DNA of 64,000 bases from Octopus vulgaris. Its lineage: Eukaryota. A model generated the notes under the pieces. That model ran no database searches. It had not been told where the DNA came from and worked only from the letters and a program-made list of their open reading frames with translations. The position numbers and the translations under genes are program-made. This document shows, piece after piece, positions 49,371 through 61,876 of this stretch (position 1 is the stretch's first letter; each line of letters starts with the position of its first letter). The DNA lies in assembly GCA_951406725.2 (NCBI GenBank), contig OX597819.1, positions 37,944,001 through 38,008,000 of the forward strand. The letters are read 5' to 3'.

Positions 49371-52350
49371 ATGTATGCATGCATGCATGCATATACACAG
49401 TGCAGTTTGAAGTGTAACCATTCTCTTAGTCTGGGCGCCTTATTTCAGTGCCTTTCAAATATGTTCCCAATGTTTCCAGTTGTTTGTGTACTTTTTTACT
49501 GACATTGTTTACAATTTGGATGTTTGTATCAATGATGTTTTTTGAAACGTCCATCTGGTCAACAGTCAGTTGGTCTCTTTTCTGTATTTTCTGCAAGTTA
49601 AAGATAAAAAATAATAATAATATTACAAAGAACTTTTAAATAATTTGAAGTTTCTTTATTAAAATTATGCTTTTTACAAAAAATTTTTGTTTAACCCTTT
49701 AGCATTAAAACCTAAAATATTCAAACTGTTTTATGTTCAAACCAGCCAGATCAAACCTCTCAGAAATATCTTACAATGTCCTAAAGATAAGCAGTCATAT
49801 CATGAAAGTCTCAAAAGCTACAAGATGATGCATGATTAGTTCAAAATTATGTAAATAAATATGCATCACATTTGAGAAAATAACTTAAACACTGAAGGAT
49901 TAAATTAATTTTTAATGAACTCTTATGGTTTTCCAGGCATGAAACCAAATTATTGTTAAAATGGACCAATAAGTGCAGCCATAGCTGTGTAGTAAAGAAG
50001 TTTGTTTTGCAATGATGTGGGTTTGGATTCGGCCTGTGTGGTAACAGAGTTAACAAATACTTTGTGAGTGAACTTGTTTGATGGAAACTACGTGGAAGCC
50101 TATGATATATGTGTCTATGTATGCATGTTGACATTTCTTGGCTTTGCTTAATACCATCTGAGTAAAACAGTGATATGATGTTCCTTCTTGATATTAACCA
50201 GTCACTCTGTAGTTTTAGAATGAAAGCAATATCCTCTACTTGAAGACAGATAAAGACTGGTGTCATAAAACCTTGATTTATGTTCCCATCCAATCCACAT
50301 GACTATAGAAAAAAGGGCATCAAATGTATACCTGAATGAATTCAATTAATTATCAACTTGGATATAGCTTTCTTCACTAATGAACTCTCTTCTCAATTCC
50401 CCTCAAAGTAGACTGTACTCTCATAGAAAATGGCACATTAGATAATGCCATCCAAGATACACTGCTTCCAATATATGACAGGGTAGTCATGACTGGAATG
50501 CCTTTGATCATAGGTCTCCCCAATATGAGTTAATCTGGTACTACACATCAACAACAAGAACAATAACAACAGCCATTCTACCCCTAGGAGCATGTGAATA
50601 TTAGTGTGAAACAGCAAAATACACAAAAAAAAACCATCTAAAACAAAATCGTCCGTTTTTAAGAAACAAATATAAAGCAATTTTAGATCATTAGTTTTTA
50701 GTTATGTGAATATTTGTTTAAATTCATAAGAAAAATTTTTAGTTATGAATGCTGAATTAAACTGACCCCTGTATCTAATTTATTTTATTGATTCAACTGA
50801 GTGGAAAGGCAACATTAACCCCTGGAGAATTTCATCTTAAAACATTTTTTTTATGGCATAGTCAGAGGCATTAGAGCAGTGGTCTTGACTCTTTTCTTTT
50901 AGGGCTGCTGAGACTGTTTGAGGAAGGGACTGTTTGACCAAACGCCTGACTTGATTGTACCAGCAAAATAGACACCATTAAAATTTACAAGAACCAGGGT
51001 TCCATAATGATATTAATGATTATTTAGGTAATGAGCTGACAGAATTGTTAGTGCATCGGACAAAATGCTTAGTGGCATTTTTTTCAGGCTTTAGGTTCTG
51101 AGTTCAAATACTGCAAAGTTGACTTTGCCTTCGATCCTTTCAGGGTCAATAAAATAAAGTACCAGTCAAGTTCTAGGGTTGATGCAATCAACTAACCCCT
51201 TCCTTCTGAAATTACTGGCCTAGTGCCAAAATTGGAAATAATTATCATTTAGAATTCTCTCATTTTGCAACCTTGTTCATGCTGGTATGGGTTGGATGGT
51301 CTGACCAGGGCTGCAACGGATTCAGGTCTGATCTGGCATGGTTTCTATGGTTGGATGTCCTATACATACATGCATGCATGCATGCATGCATACATACATA
51401 CATACATACATACATACATGCATATACAATATTACATATATATGGTTGTGTATTTATATGTGTATACATGCATATAAATGCAGACATATATTATTTGTAT
51501 AGTATTATAAGTTTAGCTCCTTTTACAACCAACTATTTAGAAACAGTACTTTTATTTCTAGTTGAAATCATTTCACTGACATCAGTGCAATATTTAGGAC
51601 AGACATAATTATCAAAATTACTATTTCCCTTCCCTTCAAAATAATCTGTCTTCATGGTTATTGAATAAACAATTATTATCTGATTGCTGTACTCACAACC
51701 ATTCTGAATTCAATTATCTTTCCCTTATTACTTTATTTAACTCTCCATTTGACCATTGATGACCTTACTTTCAGTATCGTCACACTGCTGCATTTCAGAA
51801 CAAGAAGCTTATATTATGTTTCTTTTTATCACTGTTTTCTATTCATAACAAGCTCATTTTATTATCTCTTAATTAAGCTATGAAATAATATTTTATCAAA
51901 TTATGAAATATATTTTACAAAAGAGTTACTTCTTCAATTCTGTACTGCACTTTTCGATAGCAACTACAATGGTAACTACAGTGGGCTCTTACAGACCCCA
52001 CTCAAATCCTACTGACTGACTGACTGATTTATCTCTATTCTCCTTGTTACCCATATTGTGTCCACACTTTCGAGGCCAGAAATGGGAGGAAAACAGAAAG
52101 TAAAAGTAATGAACGACAAATGAACACAAAATAAGGAAAATTCTTGGGTCTCTCTATGCTGGTGGCATAATAAAATGCTTTCAGTACATCCTATAAAGTG
52201 GATGATGTTAAGAAGGACATCCAATTGAAGAAACCATATTTAACATGAGATATGTTCCGCAAAACTTTCCAAGAAGGCAGAAACATCAAATAAGAACTGA
52301 CTCTTGTACTGTGACAAATTGTCGAACTTATGCCACGATGATGATATATA

Positions 52351-52409
<59 letters not shown>

Positions 52410-52639
52410 ATTTCTTTACTACCCACAAGGGGCTAAACACAGAGGGGACAAACATGGACAGACAAACGGATTAAGTCGATTACATCAACACCAGTGCATA
52501 ACTGGTACTTAATCTATCGACCCCGAAAGGATGAAAGGCAAAGTCGACCTCGGCGGAATTTGAACTCAGAACGTAATGGCAGATGAAATACGGCTATGCA
52601 TTTCGCCCGGTGTGCTAAGGTTTCTGCTAGCTCGCCACC
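52410..52639 (-). mobile_element. Nin-domain-type tRNA-derived SINE
   Basis: GGTGGCGAGCTAGCAGAAACC...GAGTTCAAATTCCGCCGAGGTCGACTTTGCCTTTCATCCTTTCGGGGTCGAT; older copies at about 10655-10866, 11128-11340, 37285-37498, 41940-42150, 47090-47276 and 51027-51240. Confidence 0.8.
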
Positions 52640-53566
52640 ATATATATATATATATATATAGACAAATACAAGTATATGAAATACCATACAACATATACTC
52701 TTGATTTATTAAAACTTATCACTGTCTCAAGGGAGGCAATTAAGACCAGCTCCACTTGAAAAGGAGAGACAATCTCAAGAATCAAGAATTGTTCTCCAAA
52801 GCTGACATGTCTTTAAGGACACTCTTATTGTCTGGAGATAACTAGACAGTTGTGGACATGTATTTTGGCCTCATTAGACATCATCAGTTTGATAATTGTC
52901 CTCTCTTATCTCCAACAGCCAAAGAACATAGACTTATAGAAAAAGAACAGAAGACATTTAAGGCCTAGGTAATTTGCATTATTTATACAAAAATGAGCAA
53001 AGTGAAAGAACTCAGAGTGGTCAGTAGCATGTAGCTAAGTAACACAAATACAGTTATCTCCTTATCTTATTTTCTTACCTTCCAGCCTATCTCCATTCTT
53101 TTCTTTCTTTTTCTTACAAGCTTACTCTCTTTATCATAAAAATTTAGTTACCTCATACCTAACATATGCACACATTCATACTTTTTTTTTGTTTCAGTCA
53201 TTTGACTGCGGCCATGCTGGAGCACCGGCTTTAGTCGAGCAAATCGACCCCAGGTCTTATTCTTTGTAAGCCTAGTACTTATTCTATCGGTCTCTCTTGC
53301 TGAACCGCTAAGTGACGGGGATGTAAACACACCAGCATCTGTTGTCAAGCGATGTTGGGGGAGGACAAACACAGACACACAAACATATACATACACACAT
53401 ATATATATATGCGATGGGCTTCTTTCAGTTTCCGTCTACCAAATCCACTGACAAGGCTTTGATCAGCCTGAGTCTATAGTAGAAGACACTTGCCCAAGGT
53501 GCCACACAGTGGGACTGAACCCGGAGCCATGTGGTTGGTAAGCAAGCTACTTACCACACATCCACT

Positions 53567-53607
<41 letters not shown>

Positions 53608-53684
53608 CTTCTTTACAAATTGGCTTTATACCCCACCGCAACTCTTCTTCTCTCCCCCTTTCACCCTACCCATTTATATACATA

Positions 53685-53969
53685 CTAGCAGTATCGCCCG
53701 GCGTTGCTCAGGTTTGTAAGGGAAATAACTATAAAGCATTTTTAAAGAGTTATAGCCAAAAAATAGCAAAAAAATAGAAAAAAATGATGGTAAATTTTTT
53801 TTTTTAGTTAAAAAAGGTGGAGTTGCGTCCCCTAGACAGTCTGTGGTTTGTGTTTCTGATTCTGTCAAGTTTTATCAGAATCGGTTGAAAGCCGTGGTCA
53901 GGGTGAGGGTACAAGCAAACAGACACACAGAAACACGCACAGACAAACTGCCGTTTATATAGAGAGAGA
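53685..53969 (-). mobile_element. Non-autonomous Helitron
   Basis: Minus strand starts TC, ends CTAG, sits between host A and T, has the subterminal hairpin CCTGAGCAACGCCGGG and no TSD. Confidence 0.8.
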
Positions 53970-54485
53970 TAAATACATGGAAAACAGTTTCCACTTTAAC
54001 CTCACTCACAAGGGTGTAAATTTGACTTAACAGGCAAATGTAAGGTATATAAGCCTTGTAGGTCTAGACCCAGCTTTTTCTGTTGCCCTGTTTCTTTTAT
54101 TCACTTTTTGTTGTTTTTTTTTATGATTTTTGTTTGTTCTAGTTTTTGCTGCAAGCAAAAGTCTGAATTATTGATCAGATATTTTCTTTTGAATCTCCAA
54201 CACAAAATACCCAAAGCTATACATTTCCAATCTTATATTGAGTGATCTCTTTCTTTCTAACTTATAAACCATCTTAGACAACTATATAATGTTGATATGC
54301 ATAAGATGATAATAATAATAATAATAATAATAATTTACAGAAAACAGGCATTGTATTCAATGTGTTATAGGACATACGTTTCAGCAAAATGCCATATTTA
54401 TTATAAAATAGTTGCAGGAACCATGCACTTCATCTCATCAGTGTTTAACACTGATGAGGTGAAGTGCAAAATTGCATAATGTTTC

Positions 54486-54689
54486 TATAATTGTTATGTA
54501 ATTCAGTTCTATATTTTAGAGATGAGGAATTATGTACATTATTTACATTTGACGGATATTTGTCCTCATCTTGTTTGTTGTTAACACAATGTTTCGGCTG
54601 ATATACCCTCCAGCCTTCATCAGATGTCTTGGGGAAATTTTGAACCTGGGTTTTCATTCCTAAAGTATTTTTCAATGTTGTTGTTGTCG

Positions 54690-54765
<76 letters not shown>

Positions 54766-54872
54766 CATTATTATTATTATTATTCAGGTCACTGCCTGGA
54801 ATCAAACTGGAATCTTGGGGTTAAGAGCGCAGGCTACTAACCCCAAGATTCTGAGTTCGATTCCAGGCAGTG
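54486..54872 (-). mobile_element. tRNA-headed short element with (AAT)n spacer and hammerhead core; head duplicated in inverted orientation
   Basis: tRNA-like ggttaagagcgcaggctactaaccccaagattctgagttcgattcc; minus strand CTGATGA-A-GGCTG..CAGCC-GAAAC at 54583-54628. Confidence 0.65.
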
Positions 54873-55102
54873 CTGCTGCAGTCCTCACCTTTTCCAGCAA
54901 AATTCTACTGTAGATATTCTGCTGTGTCAAGAAGGGAGAACTGGAGAAGCTCTGTATGTAGTTTATAGTAACTATGTAGAAACACATCTAAAGTAATACA
55001 ATTCACAAAAGCCTAGTACATGCTAGCTTAAGAGTGAATGGCTCTCTTTCTCTCTATAGACACACCCACACAAACACACACACATATATAATATATATAT
55101 AT

Positions 55103-55465
55103 CGTGGCACTCCTTCGGGTTCCAGTTGATCTGATCAACAGAACAGCCTGCTCATGAAATTAACATACAAGTGGCTGAGCACTCCTCAGACACATGTACC
55201 CTTAACATAGTTCTCAGGGAGATTCAGCATGACACAGTGGGTGACAAGGCTGGCCCTTTGAAATACAGGTACAGCAGAAACAGGAAGAAAGAGTGAGAGA
55301 AAGTTGTGGTGAAAGAGTACAGCAGGGTTTGCCACCCCCACCCACCCCTGTTAGAGCCTTGTGGAGATTTTAGGTGTTTTCACTCAGTAAACACTCACAA
55401 TGCCTGGGCTGGGAATTGAAACCGTGACTCTACGACCATGAGTCCACTGCCCTAACCATCGACCA
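55103..55465 (-). mobile_element. tRNA-derived SINE, same family as 937-1329
   Basis: Collinear reverse complement of the 937-1313 copy. Confidence 0.8.
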
Positions 55466-55477
55466 TGTTCAGATTGT

Positions 55478-57496
55478 GCTTTTTACATACCACCAGCACA
55501 GGGAGCCAATCAGGTGGCACTGGCAATGACCCACGCATGCATGGTGCTTATTGCATGCCACCACCACGGGAGCCAGTCAGGCAGCACTGGCATCGGCCAC
55601 AACTACAATTTCCATTTGATTGTGATTTGGTTTTAGATTTGATTTTGATTTAGATTTTACTTGACTCAATCGGTCTCCTCAAGCACAGAATGTCACCCAA
55701 CAATTCAAAGGTACTTTTTAAATCGGCTGGTTATGCGACACTGGTGTAGGCTATGGCTGTGATCTCACTTTACTTGCCAGGTCTTCTCAATCACAGCATG
55801 TCTCCAGAGGTCTCGGTCTTTCATCATTGCTTCTGTGAGGCGTAACATTTGAAGGTCATGCTTCACCACCTCATCCCATGACTTCCTGGGTCTCCCTCTA
55901 CCACAGCTTCCTTCTACTGTTAGGAAGTGACACTTCTTCACACAGCTCTCTTCATCCATATGCAGCACATAACCATAACATGCAGTCGTCTCTCTTGTAC
56001 ACCACATCTGATGCTTCTGATGTCCAACATTTCTCTCAGGGTGCTTACACTCTGTAGTGTGTGCACACTGGTCATTACAAATCCAGCGGATCATACTTGC
56101 TTCATTTTTTTCAAGCCTACACATGTCTTTAGCAGTCACAGCCCATGTTTCACTGCTGTGTAGCATGGCAGTTTGCATGCATGCATCATACAATCTACCT
56201 TTCACTCTGAGCGAGAGGCCCTTTGTCACCAGTAGAGGTAGGAGCTTTCTGAATTTTGCCCAGGCTATTCTTATTCTAGTGACAATGCTCTCTAAGCATT
56301 CACCCCCCCACTACAGACTTCTTCTTTTCTGCTTCTCCCTTGGGTATGTATACCTGTCTCCCTGCCTCCCTTCTGGCTATCTGGTACAGTTCCCTGCTAC
56401 CCCAACTCTTCCAGGCTTTCCAGGCCTGTTTCTTTGCTCTAATGGCCTGGTCTACTGTATTATTCCACCACCATGTTACTCTAGGTATGAAAGGGACTTT
56501 GCACTAGCTGCAGATTTGGACTGTGGCACTCAGTAAGCTGTCCCATAGGAATTTCCAGTTACCCTCTATGTCCAAAGTTTGTAGCTCCTCCTCTCTCTCA
56601 TCAAATTTCTCAATGAGGATGTCCCTAAATATCTGACCATGTGAAGGGTTCTTAAGCTTCCAAATTCTTCTTTTCTGGATTGGTCTGCTTCTTGGCATCT
56701 TTCTGGCCTTGATTCTAAAGCTATTAATAACTAGTCTATGCTGGTGGGTACATTCTTCACCTGGGAGGGTCTTTGTATTCAAGAGCAACCTTGCATCCCG
56801 CTGCCTGGTGAGGATGAAATCAATCTGGCTAGCAGAGTCCCCTGATTGATAGGTTATCAGGTGGCTGTCTGGCTTCCTGAAGTTAGCGTTGCAGATTAAT
56901 AGGTTGCATGCATCACAGAACTCCAGTAAGCTAATTCCCTCTTTGTTTCGGGAACCATTCCATGGCTCCCATGAACACCATGGAAGAAACCGGATTGCCA
57001 TCTGACATGCCCATTAAAATCTTTAGCCACAAAGATGAGGTCATTGCCACTCATCTTTGAGGTAGCCTGTAGAAGGGTATCATAAAAGTGGTCCTTCTGG
57101 TCATTTGGTAGGCCTGCTTGTGGAGCGTAGGCAGAAATAATTGTAGCTATACTATCCTGCAGGACTAGCCTGAGCTTAAGCACTCTATCGCATACCCTGA
57201 CTACCTCTATGACCTTATCCACCCATTTCTCCACAAAGAGTATGCCTACATCCCCTACTCCATTTATGTGCCTTGCCTGTGAGGACCCTGGCTGAAGCTC
57301 CTCTCCACCTTACCTTTTGTATGCAGCATACATCAACACATCTCTGTTCAAGCATCTCTACAATCTCACTAGACCTACATTTCAGTGTGCCAACATTGAC
57401 TCTAAAAGTTGGGAAAGGAATGTGGGAGGAGGCATGGGGAGGGGAGATGTTATTCAGTGCCTGGAAAGAAGGTTTCTGTGTTCGTTTGATAGACAT
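55478..57496 (-). mobile_element. RTE LINE relic: AP endonuclease and C-terminus present, RT domain deleted
   Basis: NVGTLK..VDVCCIQKVRWRG, IISAYAPQAG, DFNGHV, SQIDFIL and QHRL; jumps near 56312 to KGLSLRVKGRLYDAC...GRGRPRKSWDEVV. Confidence 0.9.
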
Positions 57497-58684
57497 GCTA
57501 CTCCTGTTCTCACTTTCGACCTGTCATCATTCAAACATTCAAGCGTGTTCAGATTGTTACTCCTACTGGGAGTAGGAGTAGGTGTTAGCGGCGTTGTGAG
57601 TATAAGCATTATGGACATTGTAAAAATGTAAATTTAAACATTACTGGTGTTGCAGATATAAGTAAGTAAATTAATAAAGATAAATAAAGGAGAATATGAA
57701 TATTAACATGTCAATGTTAGATTAAGAAGGTGGGCAGCTAAACTAGTTGCATTTGTTCCGGGGGGAAAGAGAGGGAGAGAAAATTGCAGGTATGATAGAA
57801 GATATCACCAGTGAGGGAGGGGGTTTCTGGTGAAAGAAGAGAGGAAAAAGCACGCCCATACACACACACCCACACAAGACAAGTGCACACGCAGACAAGT
57901 AACAAGCACACACATACACACAGAGGAACAGCACGCATGTACAGCCCATTAGCTTTCTTTTTCCACTTTGATATGTCCATGGAAATTACCAAGTAGTTTG
58001 AGTGAAAACAAAAGATAGCCAATTAAGTAGGTGGGCAGCTAAACTAGTTGCATTTGTCCTGGGAGGGGGAAGGGAGGAGATTGCAGGTATGATAGGGGAT
58101 ACCACCTGGTGAGAGAAGAGAGATATCTGGTGAATGAGCAGGTGCACCACAAATAAGCAAGGGTTAATTTAGAGAGTTGGTACAAAAAATGTGTAGCCAA
58201 CTTGAGAACACAGGAGGAGAGGAGAGATTTCATTTAGAAAATTACATGAAGAATTAAAGTGAAATGAAGGCTAAAATAGAGAAATTAGAAAGTTATATAT
58301 TGAAGGGTCAATTTAAATAATTAGGTATTAGTTAATAGTGAGTAGTAAATAATACATATTAAAGTATTAAAAGCGATGGCAGGTGAAAGCGTGAAAAGAT
58401 AGAAAAATGAGAGAATATCTTAGCAATGCATAACTGGGTGTCTAAGAAACATCTGTGTTGGAAAGAATTGTGTGAAAAGCAGGGAGGAAAACATGTGAGT
58501 AAAGAGTTTTATAGATATGCTACGACCGGAAGTGGACATTATGGAGAGCGCTGAAGACAATAGCAATGATTGTAACAGAGTAACATAGTGAGTGGGAAGG
58601 AATAAGAGAATAGTACAAAAAATATTAAGCCAAGCCATTTGAATAGTTTCTGTCCAACAAATTCCATTTCTAAAGTTTTAGTCT

Positions 58685-59275
58685 AATGACCAAGATTTTT
58701 GGCAATATGCTGTGTTGTCCTTGAGAATACTCATCAAGCCAAGTGAAATCATAGTTGTGACCATTGCCAGTGTCATGTAAATGGCACCCATAAAATCATA
58801 ATTGTGGTCATTGCTGGTAATGTGATCTTCAAATGTTGGGCTCATGAAGGTGAGGGATGAGGTGGTGCAGCATGATCTTCAACTGTGGGCCTCATGGAGG
58901 TGATGACAAGTGAGCAAGACCTTTGGTGATATGTTGTGCTTGAGAAGACTCGTCAAGCCAAGTGAAACCATAATTGCAGCTGTTGCCAGTGTCATATAAA
59001 TGGCACCTATGCTGGTGGTGCATAAAAAACACTCATTACACTCTTGGAGTGGTTGGCATCAGGAAGGGCATCCACCTGTAGAAACCATGCCAAATCAGAC
59101 TGGAACCTGGTGCAGCTATCTGGCTCACCAGTTCCAGTCAAACCATCTAACCCATACCAGCATGGAAAGTGGATGTTAAATGATGATGATGATGGTGATG
59201 GTGGTGGTGGTGGATGTGGTGGTGGTGGTGGTAGTGGTGGTGGTGATGGTGGTGATGATGATGATGATGATGATG
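58685..59275 (+). mobile_element. RTE 3' fragment with internal duplication and GAT/GGT tail
   Basis: Duplicated caagccaagtgaaa.catagttg segment, 3' UTR motifs, tail. Confidence 0.7.
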
Positions 59276-61091
59276 TAGTTATGCTATCAGATACTTCTCA
59301 ATGTATCTGAAGTTTGCTTTGTAAATATGCAGGTAGTGAGATTAAATCTGGACCTGCATATTTGCTAAGCAAGCTTCTTAACTACACAGATATTTTATCC
59401 TCCCATCATATTAATTTCTCATGGTGCTTTAATGATTATGTTAAAATACTCCAGGTTTGTCACACTACATAATTTCTTACCTCTTGCATGTCCGACATAG
59501 TTGTGAGATCTTTTGAGAATTCCTCTGAAATATAAAATAAACACAACTCTTTACAAACAATTAGATATATTTCTCATTTCTTTCAGTTGATTAGTTATCA
59601 CCATTTAACCCTAAGTTGGTTCTGATGAAACCAATCTATGATCAAGGATATTCCAGCCATGACCATCATGTCTTTTAATCTGTGTCAAGGACAACATTAT
59701 CTTGTGTGCAGGACCTATGAGAAGTGGTACACAGTTAGTACATCACCCTGGGGAAGGGGGTCTGGAAAGCCAAAGTGACTATCTGCTGGATTTCCATCCC
59801 TTAAACCATTAGCATTTGAACTGGACATATCTGGCCCAAATATTGTATGTTTTATGTTCAAACTTATCAGATCTGGCCTCTCACATCTATTTTACAATAT
59901 CATTCTAAAAATAAACAATCATTTCATTAAAATCCCATAGATACAAGATACTGCATAATTAATTCAAAACAATCTGAATAAATAAACATTAAATTTGACA
60001 GAGTGATCTGAATACTAAAGGGTTAAAAAAAACAAATTCTCAGCACCTTTGAATTTTGGAAGGAACTCACCCCACTTTACTTAAATTCCTCCTTGTTAAA
60101 TTTTTTTAGATGCTCTACTTAAGAGTCCTTTCCATTCTAAGATGGAAAGGTGTGATATGAGGGAGAGTTGGGTGTTATTTCTACCATGTCAATTGACCAT
60201 GCAGAGGCTCCATGTTGACTCATTTAGTTGATGTATTCAACAGCACTAAGTAATACTACTATAAAAATGTCAGCAGTCTGTTTCATAGATATCAGAGGAA
60301 TAAATAATATAATCATTTCTTCCTTATGTTCTCATCCATAGCCATCATAATTGCTTGTTTTCTCCCTCATCATCTTCTACTTCACTGTTGTTATAGCAAT
60401 ATGATGATGTAACAACATTTAACGAAGTCTGGTTGTAATCCTAAGTCAATTTCACATGCTGTCTCGTAAATTAACATATTCAGTAACAAGCCAACATGAG
60501 AGTCTCTACGTGGTTTATCAAAATACTAGAAATAACAAACTTTCCTCAAATCACACTCTACAATCTTAAGGAAGAGACACATTAGATAATGTAGTCCTAC
60601 ATAGCCTAAAAAAAAAGCAGATTGGTCACTAAAATGCTAATGATCATAGGGTTGCTTGACCAATGTTGACCTGGGTTAAACATCAACACTAACATGTTTA
60701 GACAGCATAGATGATTAAATGGCTGGTTAATAGAGATAACCAGAGATAATCGTTTCAGTGGTTTTGTTTGTGCCCATGTGTGGCTTATTAGCCTTTAGAT
60801 TACTCCGTCAAATTTAACACTTATTTGATTATGTGGTTTTGAATGAATAATGCATTATCTTGTAACTTTGAGATTCTGATGATGTGATTATCTATTTCTA
60901 CAATGACATTGTAGGGTAGGTGTAAGAGGCTAGATCTTGACAGCTTGGACATAAAACAGGTAGAATATTTGGGCTGGATATGGGTGGTTTAAATGCTAGA
61001 AGGGTTAAAGTACTTAAATCTGAAATAGCTCAGTTCACTGGGCAGTAAACAGATACCACTGACTAAAAACAAACGTGTATATATACATACA

Positions 61092-61127
<36 letters not shown>

Positions 61128-61233
61128 TATATAATTATTATTTGAGGGAATAAAATCCAAACTTACAAGGAAAAAAATTCAATTTAGAAATACTAAATCA
61201 AATTTCACACAATATAATATATATATATATAAA

Positions 61234-61554
61234 AATTTAGAAAAAACCACCTTTTATCAATTCAAAATGAACAATTAAATTACACTATCTAGAAAATTAC
61301 ATATAATAGAAAAGTTAAAATTAAAATAATAATAAAATGTAAAGAATAAGTAAATTGCAAAAATAATTAAAAAAAATAATAAAAACGTATATAATATTAT
61401 ATATATTATATATTATATACGTTTTTATTATTATTTTTGCAATTTACTTATTCTTTACATTTTATTATTATTTTAAGTTTAACTTTTCTATTATATGTAA
61501 TTTAATGGTGTAATTTAATTGTTCATTTTGAATTGATAAAAGGTGGTTTTTTTC

Positions 61555-61561
<7 letters not shown>
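61234..61561. repeat. About 330 bp AT-rich palindrome
   Basis: Arms at about 61234-61395 and 61412-61561 are reverse complements; a single-arm copy occurs at 46110-46258. Confidence 0.85.
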
Positions 61562-61602
<41 letters not shown>

Positions 61603-61603
<1 letters not shown>

Positions 61604-61719
61604 GGATGACCTGTAAGTGGACATCCATTATGCTAGAAGAAGATCCGCTTCTTTTCTTAGTGGTAAGACCATAACAGATCTTCTTCTAGCATAATGGATG
61701 TCCACTTACAGGTCATCCC
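61603..61719. repeat. Perfect 43 bp inverted repeat with 31 nt loop
   Basis: GGGATGACCTGTAAGTGGACATCCATTATGCTAGAAGAAGATC at 61603-61645 and its exact reverse complement at 61677-61719. Confidence 0.92.
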
Positions 61720-61836
61720 ACTTATATGTATATAATATACTTTTCTCTGAAACTTCAGATTTTTCAATATGCGAGACCACTGATTTTAAATTGATATTAA
61801 TCAAATTAATATTACATTTTTCACCCTTATTATTTT

Positions 61837-61876
<40 letters not shown>

